NCBI GenBank assembly: GCA_030141605.1
Contig: JAQGDQ010000072.1
Location: 620,001 to 684,000, forward strand
DNA from: Tubiluchus corallicola
Taxonomy: Eukaryota > Animalia > Priapulida
DNA length: 64,000 bases
Direction of reading: 5' to 3'
Within the stretch, counting starts at the first letter, position 1. Every line of letters starts with the position of its first letter. Below are positions 1 through 14,435 of this stretch, piece after piece. The translations under genes and the position numbers were made by a program. The notes under the pieces were generated by a model. The model was not told the origin of the DNA. It worked only from the letters and a program-made list of their open reading frames with translations, and did not search any database.

Positions 1-3000
1 GAAGTTAATGATCGCGCTAATTTATCAAACAAAAATTTCTTGTTTTTCACATAAAAGTGTCATTGTGAAAGCTGATGTGCTCTGCTGGGGAATCCAAAAT
101 AAGATATACGTTATAAGAAGTTGAGAAGTCAGAACTAAATGAAGTTATGAACTCATGCTAGTGCTGCATAGTGCACAGGTAAAACCTGTAACTGTATAAC
201 CATGCAATTTTTCCTAGTAACATTTCTAAAATGCTAACCCTGGAAAAACCGAATCTGCTGCAATCGTTGAATTGCCTAATCGATTTTTGTTTCATTCACT
301 TTTGAAATTTGTTAAATTAATTTAGTTTAATTAATAAATCATTTTTGTGGCCTATAATTAAATACGAGAATCTAAGCAAAGTTGATTTTATTGAAGCCAG
401 TATTTTTCGATGGTAACTTCTTGTGGCACGAAATTGTGCTTGTTTAGCCACAGTTGATGTGTACTCAGACTCCATATAGTGTGTGCGTTCTGATGGGTTC
501 TATTAACCGCCATACAGTGTTATGTTTGTACTTGGGGACCTAATGGAAACTATTGACGCGGTTAGCGTTGAATATTCAATTACTGAGAACGAGCGGCAAC
601 TGGTTCCAGTTCCTGTAACTTACAAGGCAAGGAAAATAGCCGTGAACATAATCAAAATATTTTGTTGAAATATATAACCAAACTGGAGGAATCGTCACTT
701 AATACATATATATGTATATATGTCATGACGTCTTTAAATGAATAAATATAATCTGAAACTCTTAATGTGTACGGCACTGTATTTCATATGGAGCTGCCCT
801 TCTGTCACACAACTGTCATGTGATTAATTTCGGAAATAGATTAGGTGCCTAGGTCAGGTAGATAACTCTTATGAATAGAGTCAGTGGCCACATTAATGTT
901 AGTATGAAATTATAGGTTGCAGTTGTACACGATTCACGTTTTAGCTATACAGTTGTTGTGTCTGTGGAATCGCCATCGGTTAATAATTATGAAAATTTTC
1001 TAACAGATTATTGATTGTATAACCAGCAGTCTTCTTAAATGCATAACCGTTATAACAGTCATTTAAAATTATAGCTTAATGTTAAAGCTTATCAATTGAT
1101 ACATTAAAATGCAAATCGTGGCTGACAAGAATGCCAGCCATGCTATAACTTTTTCTTTAATTTTCATGATATTGGATTAACAATGCAAGTTATATTCAGT
1201 TTAGAATTTATATGATTTTTTTATTTTATTTTCATTGCTTCAGTTTTGCAGAGAAATTGTATAGTTTTTTTATATCAGACTTGAAAATATTCACATTTAA
1301 TATCAAGTGAAATTAACATTGAGTATTATATGGCCACACTAATACATAATGCCTATGAAACAGGAAACCTCTCCTATGGAATTGTGTTCCGTTGAAAGAG
1401 ATATGGCATTTCCTTTGGCTTTTCCTTTTCCTCTCTTGAAGTAATTGTTTCTGTTTGCTCTTTCCTGTTTTCCAACATCATCACAATTACTGCAGCTAAG
1501 CGCAGAAGTGCTTCTAAATGATATTAGCAGATGCATCATGTAGGGAGCACCTTGAAATTTCCATTAAGGAAAGTTAAACCTTCAAATAATTAATTTGAAC
1601 AATTATTTTGACACGCCATTATAATTATGTAATAGTAATAATTGCTTCGATATTTATTGTGCTAAAATTACCAACAATGAACATCAGCACTTTACAAGTT
1701 TACATTTAATGTAAGCACTTGTATTGGATAATAAAACAACTGCAAGTTAGAGCAAAAACAGTAATGTGCAATAAGAGCAATTGTTAGGATCTGTAGGTGT
1801 TTTGATAGTTTTCTTAAACTTGGAAATATTTGTTTCTTGGCATACTACTTTTGGGAGATTGTTTTAGTGCTATGAAGTAATTACAAAGCGTTAATTAAAA
1901 ACATTAATTTCTGTCCTAGTACCGTTTTCAGAGCATGTGGGCGCTGTGCATCAATTAGCTGCGCTGCTTTTGCGCTTCGCGGGCGAAGTGGCTTTTGTCG
2001 GCACCGAATAATTTAATATTCTGCAAGCTCACATTAATCTCATTATACAATCGTATGATCACACACATTGTTTCATAATACATGTTAGACAGCGTTTTTC
2101 ACTTGTCATTATCTAAAAGAGCTTGTAATCTATATACATGATGCTGTTCCATTAATGAGAAAAGTTGTTTCCATGTTGGCGCGATAGATAATGTATTGAT
2201 TGCGCTGCAAAAAGTGTCATATTCTTTACTGCACCGCGTGAAATATTAATGAACAAATTCATTATAAAGTTCTGTTCGTCACGGTCGCTAGTTACAGGAT
2301 TCCTACCGTGGGAATTGATGCGGGCAATAAATTAGGCAATATTGCCAGAAAACAGCTAGGCGCTAATACTAGCACGGCGCATTATCCTGCAATTTTCCTT
2401 TCTTTGGGAAAACTGCGGGTTATACGCATGCGAATGTGGGTGCATTACAAGCTTGATGTAAAATAGAATCATCAAGAATGTATGGGCGTTGCTGTTTACT
2501 ACGTGGAAATGAATAAAATACTGATTTGAGTTTTGGGGGGTGTGCATACACAGCTTTTGTCTATTACGAACTGTACAGTGTGTGTATTGTACAACGTAAA
2601 CGTGGCGTTCCCATACATAAATAAAAATAAAAAAGACAATCAGATTCAGAAAAATGTTTATTAAAAGTGAACAAGGTTTATTTTGATGACAGTGGAATAC
2701 AGGCATATAGTATCATTGCAGTCCGCTATAGCAACAGTAGCAACCAATCTGTCATTCCATATTTCGTTGTGCTATGTAATTTGTATATTTTTGCATTTTC
2801 TGTTTTTAAATTTTATATTCTTGCATTCAGTGTGACTAATTTTTTGTAACCTGATGACGGGAGCAGTGGTTCATTAATACTTCAAAAAAGGGTTATAGTG
2901 TACAAATTATATCACTCACATGTATATCAGTGATGTAACTTGTGCATGCATTTCATTCCTATTTTTTGCACAGACTCAGTGTAATGCTAAACATGACTTA

Positions 3001-5314
3001 TTTTTATTTGCTGTAAACTTGTCGCCCGTCTTGTTTCAAATCGTTTCCTAGCGGATGACTTTTCTCGGAAATAAACCGATCATGCAGTTATATTATAAGA
3101 CCTTTGCGAAAAACCTTCAATACGTTTAACTCAGTAAAGAGATAAAAGCATTAAAAATAATTTGCAATGATATTTTCTCTTTTATTCCCAAGGCAATGGT
3201 TCGCGGAATCATCTAATGGGCCTTTAGTAACTGATTTCCCTTGATGTTGAAGATCACGTGTGGTGCAATAAAATAGAATTGTCTTATGAAATTGGCTACT
3301 GTAGTTAAATATAAATGCATGATTGCTTTGGGATGAACTAGATGGTCTGTGATAGTAAAACTTTCATGTAGCAGTTTTATCCGAAAACTTTCTTAGAAAC
3401 AAATTCTTTCTATAGTTCGGCCCTTTCGTTGGGATTTTGGCTAAACTGTGCTATTTACTTGCTTGGGCATTGCACTTCGCGATTTTTTGTCTTTACTGGA
3501 TAAATACCATCTCGGCCAACTTTCCTCGTTGCCTTGGTGCATCACGTCTCACTTTCTTTACCAGACGTGATAGGAAGTCTATGGTTTTGACAATATACTT
3601 CGTAGTTACTAAGTAGGCGATGACTGAAACGCGTGTGTACCTGAACTTTGGACCTTTGGTACCAGACTGGTACAGCTATACTTGACTTTTAAGGGCAGTG
3701 ACTATTTCTGTACTTTTCTGGGGACAGAGCGTAGGTTCTTCTAGGAATCAAGCAAGGGGTCCCTGACAGCCTTATATTTTTCCAGTCTTATTACTAGTAT
3801 GGTTATAACAGTTCTCGCAATGGGCCAGAAATACAGTTTGTACTCGCTTGCGTAGATGTCAGTAATTTGAGATTCAGTATTAGGTTATTATAGCAATGAA
3901 CAGCATATGAACTACTTTGATGTTTTGTCAAAAATTTAAAATTTACAAACTTTTTGAAATCCATTTATCATCCAGCCTTTTCCAAAGATCCCTGAGCTGG
4001 GAAAGAGTGTAGAGCTACAGTTGAGGAACTTGAAAATATTTAAAACATTGGTATTAGATTATTTTGAACCTGTTCAGGTGTAAAATCCTATTACTGGCCA
4101 GGAGTGGGTCTTTTATGACAATTTTATTACAACCTACTTGTGATCTTGCTTCATTTTATGAACGCCCGTAAGTACTTGAAGATTTCGCGATACATTGCGA
4201 ATTTGCTCGACTGCCGCGTTATCTGCTAAACACGTACGTAACCGTGTTTTCACAAAACGTTTTACTTAACTTGTTACACAAACTGTCGTGTTTTATCGGC
4301 AACTCAAATGTGTTTTGCAGATGCTCTGGGGGTGCAGAAACTGCATGCGGAATTCCGGGTACCCCTTCTTCAGTGTTTTGAATAACCACGTTTACACATG
4401 TAAAAAGACCCATGTACTTCGCTACTATTTTTTTCGTCAAATAACCCTCCTTGCATGAATTTTTGTACTTTTGTTTATTTGCCTTTCCTTCATTTCAACG
4501 ATTTTTACTGTCTGTAAAAACTTCTTGCAAAAAACATAGTTTCCGCTGTTTTTCTTGCTAAGCAGTGAAACAATTGCTTCCTTTTCGAAGTTAAACTCAA
4601 TTTACTTGCCATATTTATAATTATATGCAACTAACCAGCTGCAGCGACTACACGTACATTGTTTTCAATAAGTCTATGTCGTAGTTTGCTACGGGTTTTT
4701 CGTCAACGGTTCGCTAACTAACTTCACTTGTGCTGGCTATAACGATTCTATTAATCTGGTTGAATTTGAGATGTATTTTCAAGAGCATTTTATGGATTTT
4801 TCGAACAGGTGTGTGCGTATTATTATGGCCGCCGCTGTAAACCAAACTACAGCAAACAAAAGTTGCTGTATCAACAGTAAACAAAAATGAAAAAATATTT
4901 TTGTGCCAGAGCGAATTACTGCTACTTCACTGTTACTTTTTTTCACTGAAATTCGCTTATAGTTTATGTTCTTGCATTTGCTGTCTTTACATCGTAATTG
5001 ATAGGTTGGCGCACAATTTTTCGCCAATAAAAACGAAATAGCGTATTGGAGCTGCCAGTCGTTTAACAATTTAAAAATTTTGTTAAAATTGACAGTCAAG
5101 AAATACTGAATTCTGTGGTAATCAAAGTTTGATGACAAGATACGACGGAAGCAGTTTGAATATTTACCCTTCAACTCGCACTCCTTATAATAAATTTGGC
5201 GTAAAACTTGTTGTTTTAATAGCACAAACGTTAATTAATTTAAATGTGCCATTTTCCGCGCCATTCAGAAAACAGTAACGTCAGATAAATGGTAAATTTT
5301 TCGATTATTAATGT

Positions 5315-5470
5315 GATCAATAGTCAGTCAGTCGGTCAATAATCTGCCAAATAACTTTCCTTGCATCAGTCAATCAATCAATCAGTCAGTTAATCAATGA
5401 ATAGTTCAGTTAATCTATCGATCAATTAGCAACCAACCAATCGATCCGTCTTTCAGATTATTAATCAATT
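5315..5470. repeat. Degenerate (TCAA/TCAG)n tetranucleotide repeat
   Basis: Runs such as agtcagtcagtc and caatcaatcaatcagtcag. Confidence 0.75.
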
Positions 5471-8400
5471 GGCCAAATAGTTAATATCGTGAAAGTGCTA
5501 CACAATAAACGTAAAACAAACGGTTCTTATATAGGATCTACACTACAGTCATTTAAAAATTCAACAATCAAGAGTTTATAACTTATTTTGTTAACAGTAT
5601 TTGTCGAAAACAGTTATAGTAAACAGTTATCAGGAGTAATTATTAAATCGCAATACCGCGAATGAATTGGACGTTGTCACTCTAGCTTTGGGTATAACAT
5701 ATGAGAGGTATGGTAATTATAAAGTATGGCTTCACTTATTGCATGTAATACGTTGCTCTCTGTGCGTATATAAGGTAAAGGATTGATTTCTGATGCTGCA
5801 GCATAGCGTGTCTCTAATGAGACAAGTAGCGTTTCGTGTCGGATTACGCTGGATATACAGCTATAATATTGACTGACAGACGAATTCTTTATAATACTCC
5901 TCGCCGCTCACACAGTCACACTAGATAATTAATTTGGTGTTTGTTCTGCCAATGGTGAAGCAGGCTGCAGGAGTTGTGTATGGTTTATTATATTCCAAAG
6001 TACCACCTTGTTACAAACAATCTTATTATTATTTAATACAACTTAAAACAGTTCACATGGACATGGTAAAATAACCCTGTTTACGGGATATGAATTTTTG
6101 ATATATGCCAAAACAATCATGACTGGTTCAAAATTTGCTCGTAACAGGTGCGTAGTACTGCATATGGAACACAAATATACTGGCGAGCCATTAACAAACT
6201 CTGATATTCAGCTACGCCAGCATTATAGAATCTTATCTAATTAATTGTTTTTTTCATGACCAGTGAATTAGGCATCGCACTGGCATTGTTATGTCCATAC
6301 ACACTGCTTCAACTTATACTAAAAAGCAACTTGTTTTTCATAAGATTGATTTATGATTGTAATTTACAGTAATTATATCTCTGAAAATATTTCTGTTTCT
6401 CTGCAAAATATTTACTTTTTGATATTTATTCTTTGAATAGGCGCACGTAGCATTACATTTTTTGCCTTTTTATTCGACTTTTGGACATCAATTTCTTTTA
6501 ATATGCAGTGCGCTAGTATCTGTTTTGTAACTTGGGGCTTATATTATGTTCAAAATTACCAATTATTAATTAATGAAGTGTGTGTCAACAAATTGGATCT
6601 TGTCACTTTCTTTGCTGTACTGCACCTCAATAAAAGTCTTCAAATTAAATATTATAACTTGGATTGCAGAGTTACAGAATGTCTAATGTGCTCCCAATTT
6701 TTACTGTTCATTTGGTAATTAGAATCAGTGAGTTTATATGGTCAAACTGTTTTGTTAAATTTTATCTTTATACTATATATATGATATTACAATGTAAATT
6801 GATATTTATTACAAGACTCGATAGTGTTTTATATAGAATAAAATAATAGTCAAATTTTTATCATTTGTTCTAAGTAGATTGCCGTGTTCGTAACCGTTGA
6901 CTTGCAATTCTCGTAACTTTTCCAGTGGATATCGTAAATGAATTGTGAAAAATCTTGGCGTACTAACTTTCCAGAATTATATGTCCCCAGATCCTTACCA
7001 TTGCAGCCGAATTCTGTGAAGTTACATTCAGTTTAAAACTGATAAATGATCTATTTAAGACAGCATGAGAAAATTGAATTTTGCTGACCAGTTAATCTTG
7101 TGAAATGCTTTAGATACAAGCGTCTTTGAGCAATTTGTCAATGGTATCGCAGCTATTGATTATGACAGGCATCGTTCATTTCCACCTTTCTGTCGTACGT
7201 CTGAAAAGCGATTGGATAATAATTCTCATTTGATTAAAGGAGAAAGTATTCAATGGAGAAAAAGCTCCCACTTTAATAATTTACAGGGGAACTAGTGTTT
7301 TTGATGTCGTAATCATTTTTAACAGTGAAGTAATATAGCCCGCAAGATTTAGGTTAAGTCGTTAAGCCATCCAAAGCTTTAGAAGAACTGCAATTTTTAT
7401 ACATATTGCGCCAAATTAAGCCAATGTCACTCAAAGAAAGAGGCTACAATAGTGCGAGCCTACAATTCTATAGCAAACGGGCCTACATTCTTAGAGAAAT
7501 CGATTTCGTATATTAATCGATAACTAATAATTTGCAAGATATAGGAGGCATTTCTTGATGCTCTTATTGAATTGGTTGAGGCAGAAGTTTCAAGAAAACA
7601 TTTTTCTGGCACAGAATTCCTCAAGCAAGAAGCCCGAAGGAAAACTGAATTTATAAGCAGCTATTCTGCTTCTGGGAGTGTCCAAGGTAAGGCAACACAT
7701 GTTTCTTGGCCGCGTTCAAAATTGGTTTCTTTTAACCTGCTTTTATAGTTCGTATAGACAAGTCACGAGAGTGTACTTAACGACTGCTTGAATGAATGAT
7801 CGATTGTTGGTTTGGAAAAATATTTTCTGCAAACCCTCTTAATTGCGATGTTTGTTCAAAACAGTAAACAAGCAACACGGCCGCTGTTAGAAATATAATA
7901 GCATGGGAACAGGCACACTAAAGGCAGGATGTGGTCTACAGAGCACACTGACATTTCGTCCATTACTTCTGTTTATGTTTTGAAGGCCTACGTCCTAAAG
8001 AAAGCACACGCTGAGAGCTGTTAACATTGTTTGTTTGTGCAGCCAGCCATGAAGTTGAAGGATTCCAAATTGTTGCTGAAGCCAGATGAGAGGATAGACC
8101 ACAGAATCAAGCGTCCACAGCTAGTCACACACTAGCTGCTAATGGACACGGATTTATGCACGTGCCTTACTGGACAAACATACTGTGTTTTGCTATGTGT
8201 ATGCTCCATATATGTATTTTGTATACCCACATACGAGTGCGCATTTTCCCAGGAATATAGGAAGTTAAAGAATCTAAGTTCATGAAACTAAGCCAGAAGT
8301 AGACCAATTGTTTTGCAGTTCTGTCTAAATTATAGAAAATTGCTGAAAGTGTTGAGATCATATCAACAATCATATGAGTTGGCGGTTGGAGCACGAGAAA

Positions 8401-9471
8401 TTGCAAAAAAAAAGTTCAAGAGCCGACTAGAGCAAAAAATGCCAGACAATATACGAGCAAACTGAAAAATAGAAACACATAAACAGGAAAAATGGAGAAT
8501 GGGTGAGGGAGGGTCTGAGGAAATGAAGAAGAATGAAACAAGAGAAAAAAGGTGAGAAAGAGAGAGTGAGAGATTATTTTAAACAATATTTTCCAGAAGT
8601 GCAACCTTTTGTAGCCAGCAGCATAATTTTATCACTTTAACATTGTTCAAATTTAGTAAGTTCGAAAAGCAATTTGTCAGCTGTGTCACCTGCACCAAAG
8701 CCCCGAACGGGGTGTCACTTGCTTTACTATTGTCTACAGAATCTTCACAATATTGTCAGATGTTAATGAATATGGTAGATTGGTAAATAGAAACATTAGT
8801 TGTCAATTTTATTAATTGATGCATTTGTTTTATTGCATTATGAATGCGAGTTAAAAATTATAAACTCTGTACATGTAACCGCCTCCTTTTCTTAATCCAC
8901 AGGTCCCGTTTATTTAGACTATTGACCCCAACTTGCTGAACTGGATACCTCAACGTCAAGGAAATTATTGATTCATGTCTGACAGATAATGCGCTGAAAG
9001 CTAGCACTATCAGTTGTATACAACTCGATTATAACATTAACCCTACAGACTGATTAAGAGGCAATGTAACCAGGGCACTCTGGTAATGTCAAGTGGAAGC
9101 TAGAAACTGTTATCACTATCCATTATCGTTATTGCTCGTTTATTTCACATACACACGTTCATAAACTGCTATCAGAAAATAGCCAATAATCAGATTATAA
9201 TGAATTTCATCAAAAATTTTATATATATTGAAGAATAGGACTGGAAAAAATCACATTTAATACACATTAGAACATAACATAAGTAGCTTTATTCCAGGCA
9301 AAAACAAGGTGATCATTTTATGATTCTCATGAAAAATTATGTGTAAAAGTTTGTGCCATGCACAAAAATGTAATACGTGAAAGAACGAAATAACACGATC
9401 ACACTTTAAAACTTAAATCTTGCTTTACTGAGATCGCATGTTTGCGTATTGTAGTTTAGTTCTCCAACTAG

Positions 9472-9516
9472 TCTTAGATGTCAGATAATACTGACTATAT
9501 TATCTGACATCTAAGA
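9472..9516. repeat. Perfect 19-bp inverted repeat with 7-nt loop
   Basis: TCTTAGATGTCAGATAATA-ctgacta-TATTATCTGACATCTAAGA. Confidence 0.95.
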
Positions 9517-11222
9517 ACTCATTGCTCATTTTATGCATTAAATTATTTTGGCTAATAATGATTGTTAGAATAACTATTTCTATAATCCTTTTCCAGAGGG
9601 AGAGAGAACAATTAATTTAAAGTTCTATTTCCCATGGCTGCTTGATATTCTATTATTCACAAAGCTACTTTTCAATTGATTTTATTGCATGGGTAGTATT
9701 TGAGCGAAATATTACTTTAACCACTTTAACAAGCTAAACTCTGTTATTCCGCAGCTATGGTAAAATTCTTCAAATATAGATATGGTATGCGAGCTTCTAC
9801 AATCTGTTTAGAAAACCATATTAATCAATTTAAATGTATATGTAATGCAAAAGTTATTTTGCGTAAATGTACGTATAAAATTAGATGTCATGTTTTAACT
9901 CTTGTAATGGTTTATTAAAACATGTAATTTATAAAAGTGATGTTTTATATGCTTCAAAATTTTTGCCAGTTGGAGTATAATTTTAATGTACTTCTAATGT
10001 ATGTCATTTTTGTAAATATTTTAACTTATTTCTCTTCTTATTTTTCTGTAAATTGTAAGTTTATGTTTTTATAATTAGTTTTTTTAGTCATTATTGTATT
10101 TTTATGGCTTAAGACTATGTCTACGAGCTGAAATAAAAAACAAAATAATAATAATAATAAGTATTGCTAATGGTAAAGTATGGAATGTTCGTTCGTTATT
10201 TGATAAATAGTACCAACTTCACATTAATCACCGTTGTCCGCATATTTTGCAGGGTGTGTTGCTAAATTTTTTAACACTGTTATACCTCCTACATAGGCAA
10301 GCTTATGCTGTGCTTAATGTAATCTATGTAGGGTTTTCAATTTTGTCTTATGTATAACTGGTTGCATAATGTTCAATATTCTACATATGAGTACTACCTA
10401 ATTTTATATGCCACCTGAACGTCTAAGATCAGCAAACAAAAGTACATCACGTGTTCTAGTGTAAGTACAATATCATTACAGACACGGTGGTACATATTTG
10501 ATTTGTAAACTGTTTATTGAAACACTCAATGCAGGTGTGGATTTAGTAACTAAGGGTTTTCTTTCGCTGAACAAAGGAAAGTCATTCCTGAAGTCGTCAA
10601 AAGTCAGAAGCGCGATTAATTTTTATCATATAAAAATATTGCGACTTTTTCCGTTTAAAAGAGATAAAATCCCATTTGTACGCACTATATTTTATAGTAA
10701 CATTTTTTCAGAATTCTTAAGTGTCTTGTCGAAACTTATCTGACTTCGATGTTTTCTATTGTATGGTTTGTTTTATTTAAATCGGTGTTTATTTGGTTTG
10801 ACTTTTGCAAAACTAGTTTTGTTGCTCGCCTTTACACACAACCGTCTAAGCATTTATGCACGTACACAAAAGTATCTAAATATTGTGTTATTGAATTTTT
10901 GCTAGATGCTTGCCGCTTTGTTCCGCTCTAGCAGTAGAAGTCGCCTCTGCCTTCAGCCTCCCACTGTTTTCTCTTATGATTGCAATTTCTCCACTTAAAA
11001 ATTGCTTGACCTTACTGTTGTTTAAAAAATACTTTTTAAACAGAAGATATATTTTACGGTACTTATTCCTGTTTGCTTATCAAGTTGAAAATATCCGATG
11101 GCAAATGTGGTGTGAACAAATACTGGGTCTCGACCATTGTACCTAATACAGTGTAAACTGTGTTTTCAATACCAGTTCCTAATTCCTAAGTACCATAGTT
11201 TGAGCAAACTAACACTTGGAAA

Positions 11223-11340
11223 TATTGTTTTGGTTTGGTGGTGAGCCAGTATATAGGATTGTGTCTGATATCATCACAAGGATATACCGGACGTAATCCA
11301 AAGGTTTCTGGTTCAAATCCAGGTCAATACCGAGTTTTTT
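11223..11340 (+). pseudogene. tRNA-like Pol III element (SINE head or pseudo-tRNA)
   Basis: B box GGTTCAAATCC within a CTGG/CCAG T-stem; A-box-like TGGTTTGGTGG; TATTG/CAATA end pairing; T6 at 11335-11340. Confidence 0.5.
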
Positions 11341-13120
11341 GCGTTCCCTTTACATTTCTGTCAAGTTTTGTTTCAGAATATACTTACGAGTTCGTCCCAT
11401 CATAGACCTGATTTGTTTAATCTGTAATTGAGAGATTTCTGAATGATAATATTAATATGTTTAAATGTTAAAATGAATATCAATATTAATGTGTTTCTTG
11501 TGTTAAAAGTCTCATGTACGTATGCTTATATAGTAATTTAGGACGTACAATTATATGCGAAAAAAGGAATAGTTAATCTTCAACTGTATGACTTTAGAGC
11601 ATGGTGAGTATTAATCATTTACCCAGGTACCTGCTCCAAATCTTCTCACTGCGTTCTATTACGGCTAATCCTTCTTGAGAGGATCACCTTGATTTATGTG
11701 CTGCTCTTTATCGGATTAGGAAGTAAGCCTGGTTACTGCGTAGCGCATATGCTCGTAAATACCTTCATTATACAGATACACGACATCGCTGCAGTCTGAA
11801 GTACGCGAAGCTCCCAGGCTTCTCATTGATACAACCCTGTTCCACGTGCGTTATTCTTATCTTTATTTAAGAAATATGCACTGCTGCATTAACATTTATA
11901 ACCTCATTTTATGCGTTTATTGAAGAGTTTTGGAGTTCCAGCGAAAGGGTCTGTTTGTAATAATAACTGGTATTAATTATAACTTTAAAGTGCATATATG
12001 TTAGATAGTTTATTTATTACAGTAACACTATCCAATCGTTCGGTCACTAAAATCTCTAGTTTCAATATCAGCGCTGGTATTTACCGTTTTTTTTATTAAA
12101 AATGTTGAAAATATGTTAGTGTAGTTATTAGGTAATGTTTAATTCTTGATAATGCACTGCTGTTGTTGGAACATGTTTTCGAATGGCTTACTATTGCCCT
12201 TCAATGATTAGCAGATGTTGTGTGTAATATCGACATTTAGTATGGATTAAAATTATCTACAAAATAAGCCTACTGTTACTAAAAAATGTACTTGATAAAA
12301 CATTACTTATGTAGACTTAAAATAGTTTTCCAGCAGTAGGAGTGTGGGTTGATCTGTTATGCATATTAGATGTGGGGTGTTGCACAACATCTTTTGTTTT
12401 CTTGTTTATAGCAAAACATTATCATTATGTGTATGACATTAACACAAGAATTAACGATTACTTTTTGGGAGATTTTTAAATGCTTCTACAATTCAAGTCT
12501 AATAAATATTAATAAGTATGCTGGTACTTCGTCAGCATGGTCAGCATAATCTCCTATAACTTATGTAGTTAGACCTTGAAGCCCTTGCTCATATTTGAGT
12601 AACTATTCGTTTTAATTTTTTTAAGTATTTGGATCTGGATGCCAATGTAGTTAGATATATGAATTTGTTTGTAGGTTTTCACTGCATTTTATAATTTTCT
12701 TAAAATTTAAGACTTTATTAGTTGTGCATAAATGTACTGTACAAATGCCAGATTAATATTTAGACTTAGTACTACGTAGTAGTAAAACAGTGATATAGTA
12801 ATAAAATTTTAAATTGAATAAAAATCCCGCAGTGAACAAACAGGGAAAAGGAAAGAAAGGGAACAGCTTTTCGTACTATCATTGTATTTCTTTCCTTGTC
12901 AATGTGATATCCTTTTACTATTAATAATATAAATAAAAAACTCCCCCAAGAATTAATTTAGTAGTTCTAGTTTGTAGTCAAGTTAGAAATGGATGGATAA
13001 CTGTAATTTTTATGCGAGACGAAAGGGAGCTTTCGACTTTCACAAGTTTTGTGCGTGTGCACGTGTGCGTTTGACGACTTCCTGTTGTTGGGTAGCGGTG
13101 CTTATTTCAACAGCGTGAAG

Positions 13121-13220
13121 TAACCAATCATTAAAGGCTTTGCCGATGACTCACCCCCACTCCTCTTTGCGCTCAATCAACACGGGCGCAGAATGAGACT
13201 AGCTATACAGCGTTCATTGT
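13121..13220 (+). promoter_or_regulatory. Putative PTB promoter A
   Basis: CCAAT 13124-13128, TGACTCA 13147-13153 and Inr-like TCATT 13214-13218, 110-210 nt upstream of the MTK exon. Confidence 0.4.
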
Positions 13221-13330
13221 GTGACATGTTTTCGCAGTAATATTTCTTTATTCTGTAATATGCTGCTTATAAACACAGAGATAATTTAGTGTAAGGCGTG
13301 GTGTATCATCCGAATATACTTTTATTTGGT

Positions 13331-13339
13331 ATGACCAAG
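13331..13339 (+). CDS. PTB: PTB candidate first coding exon A (MTK)
   Basis: ATG ACC AAG followed by donor GTAAGA (13340); a phase-0 join to 27174 gives MTKRGSDEL, matching the TKRGSDEL N-terminal motif of PTB proteins. Confidence 0.7.
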
Positions 13340-14394
13340 GTAAGATCGTTGATATACGCTAATAATATTATAGTGCAACTGCTGTTTCGCATACTACAGT
13401 ATGTTATTGTGTGAGTATGATTAGTGACTGTATTTCGTATTGAGTGTGTAACCTACTGCTTGCTTACACAAAGATGTCGCTGTTGTTAAGGGTACAGTAT
13501 TAGAGGCGGTTTTGCTCGAACTGCAAAATATAACTACATGTTAGTACTGCACATAGTAACGTCATAATAAATGAAGAAGTCACTTGGAAAATCATAATTA
13601 ACTGTTGTACAAATTTACGTTTAGCGTGCACATTATTCCTAAGTTATTAATATTGTGCATTATAATTTTCGCCATGGTTGCGTTAACAAAAATTAGTCTT
13701 ATAAAATTATGGCAAAGCTCGAAAATTCGAATCTGTAGATGTGTAAAAATCACTGAAATCAGTCATGCATTTGGGCTTAGTTCACTACTTATTCACAGTT
13801 TGTGCAAGCACGATAAATTTAAGTAATTTGCGAAAAAAAAACTTGAACTAATTTTATTCTTTTGCTCGTATGTAAAAACTTTCTATTTTAATAAAGCCAA
13901 AAAAACAATTTTTGGGAAAATCCTTGAAGATAGCTAACTTGAAAGCATATGCTATGGGCATCTGAACGTGTTTGAGACACTGCTGTCGGTTCAATGATTC
14001 ATTTTCGAGGGATATCTTTGATAATAACCTTTCGATGCAGTAGCAGTGCCGTTGATTTCATTACAAGTGCCCTCCATTAAGCTCTATTTTGGATCGTGAA
14101 TAAATGTGGAACTTGGACATAGTCATAATTTAAGCGGCGCTACCATTACGAATTGGGTAGGACGATTAAGATCGTCCCGTGTGAATGGCTTTTTGTTTCA
14201 AGAATATTAGTTATGATCAAACAAATCCAGCTTTACTGCTTAAGCTGTATTGTACTGTTACTAGTTGCATAAATAAATCTGGGTTTCCAAGCAATGTGTA
14301 GTTCATGAAGGGTGAACAAAAATTAGTTGTGGCAGGATTAGTTGTACAGGTAGTACCAGGACAAATTTGAGTCAGTATCAACATGTACAGCATG

Positions 14395-14435
14395 ATATAT
14401 ATATATATGTATATATATATACATATATATATATA
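14395..14435. repeat. Interrupted (TA)n microsatellite
   Basis: atatatatatatatgtatatatatatacatatatatatata. Confidence 0.9.

Noticed and set aside
4779-5225. Longest ORF in the window (148 aa, minus strand)
   Set aside because: No recognizable motif, non-ATG start, composition typical of AT-rich non-coding DNA
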